64,000 nt of DNA from contig NW_020845701.1 in the NCBI RefSeq assembly GCF_003704095.1, forward strand, positions 62,001 to 126,000, given 5' to 3'. Source of the stretch: Pocillopora damicornis (lineage: Eukaryota). Below the pieces are notes generated by a model. That model was not told where the DNA came from. It did not search any database and saw only the letters and a list, made by a program, of their open reading frames with translations. Positions 22,785-36,400 of the stretch are shown in pieces. Made by a program: the position numbers and the translations under genes. Every line of letters starts with the position of its first letter. Positions within the stretch are counted from its first letter, which is position 1.

Positions 22785-25117
22785 TTACTTTGGAAAGAAC
22801 CTTTTTTCCAGTACCTCAACGAGTTTGTCACCGGTGAGATCAGACAATTTAGAATTCGCCTCGTCTACACCGTAAGTTTTGTTAGTCAGATATCGGATGT
22901 GAGGCTTGGCCGATAGCAAGATCTCCTTTATGGTTTCAGCGATTTCTTCTGATTTTTGTCCCTCGTTGGCTGTCAGCTCTGTCATCGTAGCAATCACAGA
23001 TTGCATCAGCTGGATTGACTTTTTGTCAGCGGTTGAGAGGTCCACTTGACTTACCATACCCTTCAAGTTACTGATGAACGAAGTGACAACCGGTCCTGGC
23101 TCAACCAAAGAGATCCTGGCAAATTACAAATTGATTTTAATGTTACAGTATAATGAAACTGAAAAACCTCAATCAATAGAGCATTGTAACTCACCATTCA
23201 CCTCACATGAAAAAGTTGAAATACTGTTTACGTAACGAGGATTCATGAAATAGCACCACTTACCTAATATTGAACTGTTTCAACACAGGTGCCAGCGACT
23301 CTGTCAATCCTCCCATTGCAAACTTTGCTGCAGAATACATGTCGTTAAATGGTCCACCCGTTATTCCAAAAATACTGCTGACATTAACAATGTAACCATC
23401 CTGCCTCGCTTTCATGCCTGGGAGAACAGCCTGGATCAAACGAACGGATCCAAAGAAATTAACGTCAAACATTTGTTTAATGTGTTCCATTGTCATGCAT
23501 TCCAGAGGCGCCACACAACCAACACCGGCGTTGTTCACTAGAAGACAAAAAATTGTCACAATCGGTTGCATAAAAAAGACCCGTCCAATAGGCCTTGGTA
23601 ATCCTCCAACCGGCTTTGAAATTTGGTAATCCATTGGTGCCTAGCCTCTAGCAGTTCTTGAGATGTCACGCAACACCCAGAGAGCATTGCATGACACTTG
23701 AAAGAACAGCTGCGAAGAAGGCTAACTCGCACTTCTCGGTCCGGTTCCAGTGCCCTAACCAGCATGTTACAAAACACTTCTTGAGAACAGTTACGACAGA
23801 AAAAACCCGAGACGTTATTTCATACAGTGATTTCAATTTTTACTTATATCAGTGGCCTTGTTGGTCAATATCGCAATGATTATATATGGGTTATATTTCT
23901 TAATGCTATGCATGGACAGTGGTGCGCAGTCTTCCGAAAATAAAAGTTTTGAATATGCGGTCGTCTTGACATTTTCAGCTTTCTTTGCCTTTCTTCTGTT
24001 GTTCATACTAAAGATTTCATTGTGCTTCAGCTGTATCCAAGCAATATATTTTCTATTCAACGCAGCTTAATTTCCATATGTAATATGTGAAGACGTTTTG
24101 GAATATCATTTAGCACCTAGTTTCAAATTACTTTCTTTCCCAAATTTATAACTTCAAGACTCAATTCAGTGTGGAAGATTTCAGCGCAGTTGTTGGAGAA
24201 CAGTTACAAGACCTAAACTAAATGAATGCAAAAATATGTTCGCAAAGTGTCAGCACATTAAGGAATAAGGAAACAATTTCTTTAAACAATAATGTTATAT
24301 TCTATCGCTTGAAATTTTCTGGTTCAATTAACTTATTGATAGGTAATCAGAGTTGTGTTTGCCTTGTTAGGGGTGAAATAAGAGAACTTGGATGGTCCAC
24401 GGCCAGTCGAATTCAAGACTATGCGGCAAGTGATATCGGTCCTTAGCGAATGGCAGTCTAAGACCAATTGCAAGAATCCTGGTATGAAATTAATGGAAAA
24501 TTCTAGACGTAAAATTCTAGACGCAAAACAAAACAAAGAGCTCTCGCTTCACATCGTTTTCTAATAATATCTTTCCCCAAATTGCATAAATTGGGTAACT
24601 TCTGTTTACGAATAAAGCAGCTTAGGTGAAGGCCACGAACATGTATCTGGTTGTAAAATGGCGTGATTATAGATCATCGACGTTAACCTAGAATTTGAGA
24701 TACTGTTATTTTTTCGTTTAGTCTGATCGCAATTCACTCCACAATCGCTATCATTTACTTATTCATCAAGCAATATGTTCAGAATATTCTAAAGCACCTC
24801 GATTCGTTGTTCCTGAACTGCCGTTCGTTTTGTTTTTTTCTGAACTTACCAAGAACATCGATCTTCCCTTCCTTCGCAATGATTTCTTCGACCACGCTTT
24901 TCACAGATTCGTCACAGCTTACATCCATGCACATAATGACCAGTGTTTTGCCGAGTCGTTCCTTTCCTTCCTCTTCCAGAGAGGTCTTTTTCTCCAGATT
25001 TCTCATGGTTGCGTACACCTTAAAACGTTTTTCGGCATCATTAGCTAAATGAAGTGCGGTGTGAAGGCCGATACCAGTTGAACAGCCTGAGATTAAGACG
25101 ATCCTTGGCGACGCCAT
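22785..25117 (-). CDS. Short-chain dehydrogenase/reductase, RDH8/HSD17B1-like, paralog A (~290 aa)
   Basis: Exons 24850-25117, 23264-23537 and 22785-23115 join in frame. Motifs: ISGCSTGIG, VYATMRNL, VNNAG, NVSS, YSAAK, LVEPGPV. Confidence 0.93.
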
Positions 25118-25564
25118 TTTAATTAACCTCTGGGCTAAGTTATGCTCTGACAAAAACAAAGAAGGAATATGACCCCATCAAGTAACCGGAAGTAAATCGT
25201 TCTTTGGCAACCGGAAATAGGCTTCCGTTCAGAGTTCACCGGGCAAGTTGCTCTACGTATTACTGACTGATAACCCATCTTTGGTCCTCACTGGCGTGAG
25301 CAGGTTACCTCGTGATTGCAATTTTCATATTCGTAACTTCAGGCATTCAATTTTGCGATTACGTGACTTTGAAATTTAACTGAGGCTTAGCCCTGGAAAC
25401 CCAAGATATTGCTGTGTCACGCCAGCCGCTTTTGATTGGTCGATAGAATCTTCTTTGCTGTTTGTAACTGATTACAGAACAACGACCTCGCCCACGCAAC
25501 GCCTCGATCAACATTGTAGGCGCATCACAGTCACGGAAGAACGAACGAACGAACGATCGCAGCA
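25118..25564. promoter_or_regulatory. 447-bp shared upstream region between the two SDR start codons
   Basis: Divergent ATGs, ETS-like ACCGGAAGT (~25185) and ACCGGAAAT (~25210), and ATTGG (~25435). Confidence 0.6.
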
Positions 25565-28147
25565 ATGGCTTCATTTCGTGTGGTTTTAATCTCCGGTTGC
25601 TCCACTGGCATTGGCCTAGAAACTGCCGTGCTTTTGGCCAAAGATCCCGAGAAACGTTTTAAGGTGTACGCTACGATGAGAAACCTGGACAAAAAGACGA
25701 CCCTTGAGAATGAGGGAAAGGATGCACTTGGTGATACATTGATTATCAAAGCCATGGATGTGAGCTCTGACAAATCTGTCAAAAGTGCCGTTGAGGAAAT
25801 AATTGCTCAAGAAGGAAAAATCGATGATCTCAGTAAGTGAATTTCGAGGTGTCCTTGATGTAAACGAGCTAAGAATTCTGAAAAACTCAGATGTGTTACA
25901 TTTTATTTTGTAAGTGTATTCACGCACCATTTCAGGTCGAATTATTTACACAGGGGTAGTCATGAAAAATCTCTGCGCATTACTGAAAGCTCCACCACGA
26001 AAATAATCGTATGTTTGTTGACATGTTTATGCTAGCACCACTTTTTCATCTCGCAGGATTAATTTTATTTCAAATTAACAAGAGATGAAACCGATATCGT
26101 AGATGCAATAAAAGCTAAAATGATTTGCATATCAGAATACTGAAAATGATGAGTCAGAACAATAGAGCCCTGAAAACAATAGAGCAGGACAAAGCATATT
26201 TGTGATGAAGCTTTATCAAATGACTGTGAACAGATGAAAATCATAGATGTGAACTGCGGATAAAGACGTGAATTCAACGGTATCATACAGGTTATCGGTT
26301 CAAATCCCGAACAGGCCAAAGGTTTTTGTGAGGCCTTATTTTCACTGCTGCTCAAGTAGTGTTCATTACTGCGTAGATCGCTTTAATATTCACGAAGCTT
26401 TATCTCTTGGTAAAAAGGGAACTTCTTGTCACGACATCTGAGAGTGCATTGCCAAATAAAAATAAACCTCAGAATGTCAATGACTGTCAGTTAGAAAACC
26501 ATTAAAAGCGAAAAAAATTCATCAAATATGAGCTGCAAGAATATTGCAAACACGAAAGACAAATTCATAATATTATGACAAGATTTACGAGAACTATTTT
26601 TAGGTAAACAAACGGCCCTGGTCAACCTTGTGTAATCTTAAAAATAGCCTTCGAGCAAAGTTGAGAATACATTCATTAGACTTATCTTAGCCTACGTGTA
26701 GCCGTACCCTCCCCCCCCCCCCCCCCCCCCCCTTAGAGTTTCACCTTGTGTTGTGCGCGGAGGGTACGGCTACACATAGGCTACTCATGAGCTCACGCTT
26801 CGATGGAAAAGTAGCAGAAGAGATTGGTAGTCAGGTTAGCCTGCATGGCTCTATCTGACCTGCAATCAGTCGTTCAGTTTATTTTCCTCGGTAAAGGGGT
26901 GGGGGGGGGAGCACCATTGGATCTTACTTCATACTAAAGGTAGGTTGGGATCTTTCATATTTCACTCTGTCCGTTTTCTGTTTTCAGTAAACAACGCTGG
27001 TGTTGGTTGTGTCGGTGTTCTGGAGTGCATGCCTATGGATCAAGTCAAACAATTATTTGAAGTGAATTTTTTCGGAGCTCTTCGTTTGATCCAGGCTGTA
27101 CTCCCTGGTATGAAAGCGAGGGAGAGTGGGTACATTGTGAATGTCAGCAGCATGGCTGGGGAGTTGGGCGGACCGTTTAATGACATCTACTGTGCGTCAA
27201 AGTTTGCTCTGGGAGGACTCACAGAGTCACTGGCACCTGTGTTAAGGCAGTTCAAAATCAAGTAAGGATCTTTCCCTTTTTTTTTTTTTTTCGGTTTTGC
27301 GATGATATATTGCAATTTCAATCAGAGAGCGGCTCAGTAAGACAAAGCGATCATCGTTATATGATGATTTCAAATAAATTTTTAAATGATTGATAGTAAT
27401 CATTTGAAAGTCTTTTGGTTAACTTTAAGCAAGGACAAACAGTGGCCTAATTTTAGGGTTCTAATCCTACCTGGAGCATCATCTTGGGCAAGACACTAAA
27501 GATACCTCTCTCCACCCTGGAGCCGGGGGTATAACATGAACGTGTCGGGGAAACTTGACGAGTCACAGGAAAGGGGAGAGGAGGATCAGATGAAATAAAT
27601 CACTCTCTCCTTCCTCCAGGGAGGGGAAGGGGAAATTATGTATCGCTTATTTGCTTCAAATTCATTTTATGGAAACCAGGAAATGAATCATAACAATCGA
27701 CCAGCGTTCGACATATGGTGACGCGAAGAATAGGAAATTTTTTGACATTCAAGTCCGAATTTTCGGTCAAATGGAAAGCAGTCACTTATTTCCTTTGTTA
27801 TTTTTTATTACTACTCTAGGATCTCATTGGTGGAGCCCGGACCTGTTGGCACTTCGTTCTTCGCTAACATACAGAACGTAGATTCCTCCACCGCTGACCA
27901 AAAAACTGTCCAACTAATGAAGAATTGGTTTGACTACATAAAGGGGGCACTTGGTCCGTCAATCTCTCAGAAAGGGGAGGAGATTGCCCAATGCATCAAA
28001 GAGGTTCTCCTTTCAGAGAAACCTCACTATAGATATCTAACCAATGATAAATGTTTTGTTGAACAGATAAGTGCTAAGCTGGCCGATTTTTCAGGCGATA
28101 AGCTCCAAGAAATAATGGGAAAACATTGCTTCGGTCAGAATGAGTGA
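25565..28147 (+). CDS. Short-chain dehydrogenase/reductase, RDH8/HSD17B1-like, paralog B (~289 aa)
   Basis: Exons 25565-25832, 26988-27261 and 27820-28147 join in frame. Motifs: ISGCSTGIG, NNAG, NVSS, YCASK, LVEPGPV. Confidence 0.93.
26207..26404. mobile_element. SINE-like insertion with an 11-bp target-site duplication
   Basis: GAAGCTTTATC at 26207-26217 and 26394-26404, with an internal B-box-like GGTTCAAATCCC. Confidence 0.65.
26688..26783. mobile_element. 96-bp MITE with ~25-bp TIRs and an internal poly-C run
   Basis: TAGCCTACGTGTAGCCGTACCCTCC...GGAGGGTACGGCTACACATAGGCTA, with TA at both ends. Confidence 0.85.
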
Positions 28148-30050
28148 GAGAAACAGAGAATGTGAACAATGTCTTAACTATCTTTTCTCAAGACAACTGC
28201 ATTGGGTTTTTTGGTAAGGAGTAACGTTGGGGTAAAGAAGCTGATAAAGAAGCGCCTTCAAATAATTTTATGCAATAGTTTGTTAGTTAGGAAGATTACG
28301 TAGACTGTAGAAAAAGAAATGATTGTATATCCACAGTAAAGGGGAAATTAATTTCATAATGATTTAGATTTCGCAAAATGATTCCTGTAAAAAGAGCTTT
28401 GATCTCAATAAAAGTGTGCTTTTAAACTTCATATTATTCTTCTTCCGTGAGAGTGTGCCTGCATGGAAACTGGATGAATAAAAGAGATCTTCATTTTCAT
28501 ATTTTCATATGTATAATTCTATTCCAATAATCTACATTTTCGAGCCTCTGGCAATTTCTCCGGCGAAGATAAGCGGGTGATTCAAGAATACATTTATTGA
28601 TAGAAAAAAGGCATGTTTAGCTTAAATTTTTGTTGGTTTATACTCCTTTTGGAAAATGTTAACCACGTACCGGACCGGTGTAATCAAATAAGGGGGAAAT
28701 AACGTATTCATTAAAAAACGTAGACCATAGAAAGCCAAATTAGAACGTCTAGGAAATTTGGTTATTTGTGAGAATATTTCAACATAATGCTGACCTTATG
28801 ACACCATGCATATTAATATTCTTATCCACATTTTCCGTTGTAAACGTATTGCTTGGAAGCGGATCATTTAACAATCTTGCTGCATTTTGGTAAGTCCAAT
28901 CAACAAATAAGGAAATACATGGACTAAAGGATTTAACTTCATTAACTTCCTTTCATCAATGACTGCATGTTAGGATCAGTTTGACAAAAAACGGAATTAA
29001 CAATTCCTACTTTCTCGTTAGCATTAAAGTTCTTCAGTCCTATATCGAGGGTCATTTGGTAAAACCTTCTTTTAATACAGTACTTTAATTTTGAATTACA
29101 TTGGCGCTCTTGAATAGAAAACCACACTATTTAATTATCAAATGGGCAGGTGGGATACGCCTTAATTGTTGGGTATAAGACCACCTTAATTAGTCGTACA
29201 TCCTTTTTGGATCATAGAATAAGGCATTCGATGACGTATTAATCTGCACCCCTGTAAATTAAACCAAAAAGTTGATCCCATCAGAAAAGGAAAAAAGGGA
29301 CACGTGCTAAATTTTCATTAGATTTTAATCTTCCTTCTCTTTAGGTCGTTAAATAGAGCCTTCTGAAGCTGAGGGATGTTTTATTATGTAATGGGTTAAA
29401 AGCGCTCTTATTCACTATTATTGTCGTCTGGCAAGGAAGGTTGAACTCTGCGTTTAAATCCAGGTAAAATTCTGCTCAACATAGTAAACGCTCTGAACTT
29501 TCAACTGCCTTGAACTGAAATCATTGTGTTGCCTCAAGTTATACAAACATTTATACATTTCTTAAACTTATATAGATAAGCTTAAACTTATATAGATATA
29601 TTTAATAATCCACTTTTTGATGTATTTATTCATTCATTTATTTTGTCGAACAACCAAAAAAACATATCGTAGCAAGAGGCTACAAGCGATGTGAAAACAG
29701 AACTGCTGGGAAGAAACCCATTGAAAAATGAAAATATATTAGAATTCATTTACGGTACGTCATGAGGCCAAAAAAGCAACACAGTTTAAAGTTACAATAA
29801 ATTTTCCGCAGCAATAATACATGACGCCGATAAACATAAAAAAAAAACTTTAAATTCATTTTTTTAACGATTTTAGAAGTAAAAATCAAATATCGGTCAA
29901 CGCGATGATTTTGGGATATGGGTAGATTTAAAATTCTCGACGCAAAAAAAAAGGAAATTGGCTTCTTCATATCCATTTTACGATTTGCTGCCTAGAAAGC
30001 TCAAATACTTTACTCTATTCTTTCAGGAAGGATCACACACATTGGAAATT

Positions 30051-32300
30051 ATGGAGAATAGAAACGCTACAATTCGATTTAAATTTTCACAACAACATTC
30101 CAAGGTGGCGCTGTATAGTAAGGAAGCTCTCAAGAACGGTAATGAAAGCACATCAAACTGCTTCAGTCTTTCACAAACCTTGGGTATGCGGAAAAAAACT
30201 TGATGATTCATATGTATTAGATACGATCGCTTACTGCGCTGGTAAACCATAAAGATGTAACGCTTTAAAATTAAAAAATGTTTATAACAATAAACCGCCT
30301 TTCCAACTTTTTACAAGCACGTGTCAGCTCCCTTAGGGCTTAAGAAAAAACACTCGGGAAAGTTCCAGAAGCGAGGAATGAAATTTAAAAACAATTACTT
30401 TCAGGTTGGTTTTCAAGGCAAGCTCTACCACATGATTTACGGTTGTTTAAAGTTGCCACCCCTGGAAGCCTTCGGTATGGCGTTTTCTGTGGCCAGCTTC
30501 CCATCAGGAAGGGCACGCGCTTTGGGCCATACACAGGAAGCGTCGTTCGTTTAGAGCAAAGAGGTTCCGTTCAAAGCGAGTTCATGTGGGAGGTACGTGA
30601 TTTGAAAGTCATAAGCTTTTCCTTAGAACTTTTTTTACTTCTTGGATTATGCTTTTCGCTGCGAAACCAAGGAAACCGCTAAGCCTCTTCTAAATTCTTA
30701 GTCAGAGGAGACGAATGCATAACCTAGCTCCCCTCCCCTCTTGAATTATTTTATCATTCGTGCAAACTTTTTGCTCGTTTCCACAAACTAGTTTCCTGTG
30801 TCAGGCGTACTAAAATTTCGGCATTTTTCAGTTGTCAGGCCAAGAAGAACTTAGAAATTTTTGCATCTTAATTGACGACATTAGACGTTTTGAGAAAGCA
30901 AAATGTACTGATTATCACCCCTCTTATAACACTCTAGATATTTATCGAGGGTCGCCTTGGCTACTTCATTGATGGAGCTGCAAATCCGAAAAACTGGATG
31001 AAGTTCGTTGATTGCGCCTACCATCCAGCGGAGCAAAACTTGCAATTAATACAGCAAGAACAATTTTTGTATTACGAGGCCATAAGTCTGATTACGGAGG
31101 GGGAGGAACTGAAAGTGTGGTACGGTGAAGGATATCGCATGTTCATGGGGATACCTTTAGGAATAAAGAGTGGATCAGATTGTGAGTGAAGCATTAGCCG
31201 TCGTAAAACTAAAAGCCGTACAATAATAGCCAATTAGAACAAGATATTGGAAAGAGCCAATGAGAATTCAAACCAAAAACAGGCAAACTCCTGATTAGTT
31301 TTGGTTTTGAATTTGATTGTTTGAAAGAGTGGTGCGAGTTTTTCTTTACCGATCACATGATGAAGTACGACAAAAACACAGCAATCCAGGGTTACTTTAA
31401 ACACCTTGTATCGAATTGCTCGATCAAGGGACGCGTTGACACCCTTCTGGTGGTGCTATTAGATTGCTTCTTTTTAAAGCTTCAATAGCGCCAACTTAAT
31501 ATAGATATTTGGGATACCCTTAGTAATAGACAGGAATGAAAGTTCACTCGCTACTACGATAGATGGATATTCGAATCTTTATGGGGCAACCCCTGGGATA
31601 GCATACTTGAATAGCATGATATTTGCTAATTCGATAGTTTGATCTGATAGCCGGAGAGTGATATCCCTCGGTGTTCAAAAGCAAACAAATTTGGGAAAGC
31701 CTCGAACGTTCATAGGGATATGTAAAATTCAAAATTCAATTAATAAAAATCCATAAAATACAATAATGATAGATAAAAATGGATTGTCTAGTCAGCAAAT
31801 TCTTCATTGCAGATGGTTCAAGTTACCCCTGCCATTGTTGCGGAAAAGTTTTCTCTTACAAATACTACCGCGATCGCCATCTTAAATACACGAGCTGCGT
31901 TGACTTGGGTGACCGGAAGTTCCCTTGCAACCTGTGCAACCGCTCCTTTGAGAAACGCGACCGTCTCCGCATCCACATACTCCACGTTCACGAGAAACAC
32001 CGTCCACACCAGTGTGCACAATGCGGCAAAAGATTCTCCCAGTCTTCAAGCCTCAACAAACACACACGAGTTCACAGCGGCGAAAGACCCTACAAGTGTC
32101 CCTATTGTGCAAAAGCCTTCACTGCTTCCTCCATACTGCGCACGCACATCCGTCAACACAGCGGAGAGAAACCCTTCAAGTGCAAATATTGTGGGCGTGC
32201 ATTTGCATCACATGCAGCGCATGACAGTCACGTGCGGCGAAATCATCAAACTGATTGTAGCGATAGGAATAGGGCTCTTGAGTTCTCTCGCCTATTGTAA
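30051..32300 (+). CDS. PRDM14: PR/SET domain zinc-finger protein PRDM14-like (~350 aa)
   Basis: Exons 30051-30183, 30405-30592, 30938-31181 and 31813-32300 total 1053 nt in frame. PR domain motifs: GTRFGPYTG, FMWEIF, NWMKFVDCA, EQNL, ELKVWYG. The fingers YKYYRDRHLKYT, FEKRDRLRIHILHVHEKHRP, FTASSILRTHIRQH and FASHAAHDSHVRR are diagnostic of PRDM14. Confidence 0.93.
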
Positions 32301-33418
32301 CCTAGCAACCAGTATCTTGAAATGGCTTCATCTTAAAAATAATGAATGTAAACAACAACTTTCACTTCTCACCTTTGCTCAAGACAGTTCAACCGTCTTT
32401 CATTACATTGATTAATTTACACACCTGTAGAGAGTAGTTCTTTCCCCCGAAAACAAATATGGCAAAATATGAAAAGCTGAACATAAATTTCTAACATTAT
32501 GTACTCGCTGACATAAAATTTTTTTTGAGCGTATCAATTTGCACGAATAAGACGGTTATAAACAGAAAATTAGGACTAACTGCAGTCTTAGTTGTCTCTT
32601 TCAGCGCTCAGTTTTATATGACGGACTGTCTCCGACGAACAGGCTTTATTCGAGTCCCAAGCATATCCTCTTGAAATTTTTAATTGATCATATAATTTTT
32701 TTCCTTACAAAAAGCATCTAGGTAACTTTTTCTCATCTATATACGATGTAGTGCTACTGTTAAAAATAGATTTTAATTTACCTTTTTATTGACATACTAC
32801 TGTGCATACAAAGCAAATTAACTTTTCTCACGCGAAAGGCTTTGAGATAAGCAAAGGTTAAATGCTACATCGATATCGATAAGTTTTATAAAAAAACGCT
32901 TCCAGATGCACCACTCAACTTTACGAAATACTTAAGCACAATTCCAAATCAGAGTTGCGTTTAAGGCTTCTACTTGTAAATAGATTGGAGTTATTTTGAT
33001 TCTTTTTATGACAAGACTTTTTTTCCTATCGATTTATGCAAGAACGTTTTTCGTTTTATTTTTATTTAATGGTATTCATTGCTTAAAATTGACACGGACG
33101 TATTATAAAAAGACGTATTTAAGACTTTTTTAAACATTGATGCCACCTGCGTTGCAATATCACCACCATACTTGTTTAACCAATAGGAATCTTTTAATTT
33201 TTAGACTTCCATCAAAACCATGCCTTTAATTATTTGTTAACTCATCGTTGTGGCGCAAAAAGCAAATTCACTTGCGTCGAAAATTTTAGTATGTCACCTT
33301 GTGCGAAAACCCTCGTGTTCGAATCGGATAATATCTGGATCGAGTGCTCACTGTAAGTAAGGGGAGAAAAAACAACCAAAAGAACCAAAGTTTTGCGATT
33401 GAAGATCCAGAAAATAAT

Positions 33419-36400
33419 ATGCAGAAGTTAAACTCGCAATTGAAAAAATTGTTCTTTGTATTTGGGCTAATTGCCTGCACGATTTACTGCTCGCTTGGAA
33501 GCCAAAGCCTGGTAATTAACGTGGACATCTTCCTCGAGGAACAAAATTCTGATTTGACACAAATTGTACAAAATGCTATGCAGCGTTTTATGAATGACCA
33601 TAAGAATTCTTCAGATTTAAGTTTCAAGCTTATCAGATACAACAGGATGATCTCCGATATATTGAGCTTGGATCAGGTAATGGGTCTCAATTATAACCAA
33701 TCTAGCTCGCTGCACGTAGCAATTTTTGTTCATATTTCGAGTCATGAGCTGGTTTTGGCTTCCATCTTGGAAAATTCAGATATTCTTAGTGTCGGTCTGT
33801 TCCAAACAAATGGAATGTCTAGGACACAGGTAAGAAGGATTGCTCTTTTCTTGGTTAATTGTATTGTATTAGGCATAGATCCATTGAGATATGTTTTTAT
33901 TCAAAACACTGCATTATTCAATTGTGACTCATCTTTATATTTCCGATAAAATCTACGTCATATTTGTCATATAATTTTCCCTTTTTTGGCTTCGCTTTGT
34001 CAGCACAGTACGTTGCGTTGAATCTTTCACAAAGCCACTTCAATAAAGACATATGAATCCTTTTTTTGAAACAGAAGGTGTTTATAAAATCAATGGACTA
34101 ATTTTCGATGTGAAAAACACTTGTTTTGACTATTGCGTTTATGAATTCAGCTGCATTTCGTCTGAAAGAATTAATTTCCAAGAATTGTGTCAACATTTTG
34201 GTTTACCACGGTTTACAAGTACTTTAAGTACTGCGCCACAGAGGAGCTTTTTCCGATTCAACCATTTCATTACATTTCTTTTCCCGAAAATTTCACCAAT
34301 TCGAGAATGGAGTCTCGTTCAAGCCTCGCCTCTCAAAAATATCCGTTAGGGAATAAAGCAAACAACCCTTGTTTTTTTTTTTTCCATTTGCAGTAAGTGC
34401 CAGCCGTATTATTTCTTCAACAAACGCAAAGAAAACCATAAATGATTTTTCGCTATTTACGAATCGCTTCTTCCTAATATCTTCGGTTACCAATGTATCA
34501 AAGATGACATTTCCTATTTTGGAAGTGACTCTTCTTTTGCACAAATTGGCACAGCATTGATTGCCATAAGCGCAAAAATAGAAAATATATCTTAACACAC
34601 ATCGCAATTTCTACAATTCCCCTTGACCTGGCGTATGGGTATATGATATAAATGTAATATGACAAATTTTATTTAATATAAAAAGAACAAAATGATAAAA
34701 TAAGAAGATATATAAAAGTGATCAGTTGGATATTTATACTAAAGGTAATGAAAAAATATCAACTAGCTTATCATGGTACGTCAGCGCAAGCTCTGTTTAA
34801 TTCTGAATAGAGAGCATTTTGCCACTGGAGACGGCAAACATTCACCAGCTGAGCACCCACGCATATAATTTTATATAAATAATGTATCAAGTAATATAAC
34901 AGAACTTATCCTACACTTTTTGTAATTCCAGTGTTGCGTATACCTTAAACCGGGGCCGGAGAAATAATATTTGAATTCTAACACTACGACAGATTATTGA
35001 GCTGTAATAAACCAACCACACGGTACGCTCTCGCAAGGCGAGTTGGGTGATTTTGTGGTTAATTGTCATCCACTGCAATCGATCGACGAAAAAAAAATGT
35101 ACCACTTACATGTAGTCCAAGAGAATGCATAAACCATCGCATGAAAATACTGCTATAAAAAGTTAGTCCACTTGGTACATACTGTTGTATCTAGAAATTA
35201 AGATCGACACCGATTGTTGGAGTTAATTTAAAGAGATTGTGCATCTAAACTTATTCAATTGACAGTATTTACTTTCATAACAGGAAAATCCAGCTGCTTT
35301 TACTAGAGTGGCGTCCCCATCGATGATACACTACGCGTGTACCATCCGAGACCTAATACAAAAAATGGGCTGGCGCACACTTAGCTTTGTATTGTCCGCT
35401 GACTTAGAAGGAAGAGTTCTCTCGGACGCATTACTGATATCCTCAAGAGAACTGAAATGGAATATTCTACATACAGCTTGGCTATCGGGAAATAAAAATG
35501 TCACCGAGCTACAATCTTATATCAAAAGAGTCATGTCCAACCTTAGCGATGCTGTCATTGTCCACGTGCGTGATTCATATAATGATGATTTGTTCCGAAT
35601 TGTCCAAGCTCAAGGTGTCAGTCACCTCAAAGCTTCTTGGGTACTGACAGACATTGCTGCACTTGGGGTGTCGGACAACGAAGTGTTACCCACCGGTTTT
35701 ATCAGGATATCTCCATGGAAAAGTCCACAACATGATTTTATGGAGGATGCTCTGTATGATGTGTTTCAACTGATCACAAAGTCGGTAACCTCCACCGTTG
35801 CTAAGACAGCTGAGGGCGACACATCAGTGGAACAGTCTGCACAAAAAACACCAACAGAGTTTCAGACGGTAAAGGAAATGAGGAAGTAGGTAGAATTTTG
35901 TAAAAGTTCACGTATCTAACTAGTTCGTCACTGTATGTCTCCTCCCCTTCCCTTGCCTCCATTCTTTCCATTCCCTTTTATTTCCTCCTTCGTCTCTTCA
36001 TCCTTTTCATTCCATTTCTTTCCCTCTTCTCTTTCTTTCTTGTCCTCTTTTTTTCTTTCTCTCTTTCTGTCCCCACTCACTCCACCTCTCTCTCCCTCTG
36101 TCCTCTCCTCCTATTCAATCTTCTTTCCAGCTCCTTCCTCCTCTCCTTCTTCCTACTGCTTTCCTCTGCCCCTACTACACCTCCTTTCGTCCATTCTTGT
36201 TGCATTTCTGTCTAAACTTCCCTCCACATTCTTTCCCTATTGCACGTCTACCTCTTCCCATTCTCTTCTCATCCATTTACTCTTCTACCTCCTGCCTGCC
36301 TTCCTCTTCTCTATTTCCTTGTCCCAGATCTCCCTCTATTTGTCCTACTACGCCTTCTTCTTCCTCTTTCTCCTTCTCTTTAACCCCTTGCTCACGAACC

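Noticed and set aside
31807-32415. 202-aa ORF overlapping the PRDM14 fingers
   Set aside because: Shadow frame of zinc-finger codons with no recognisable domain.
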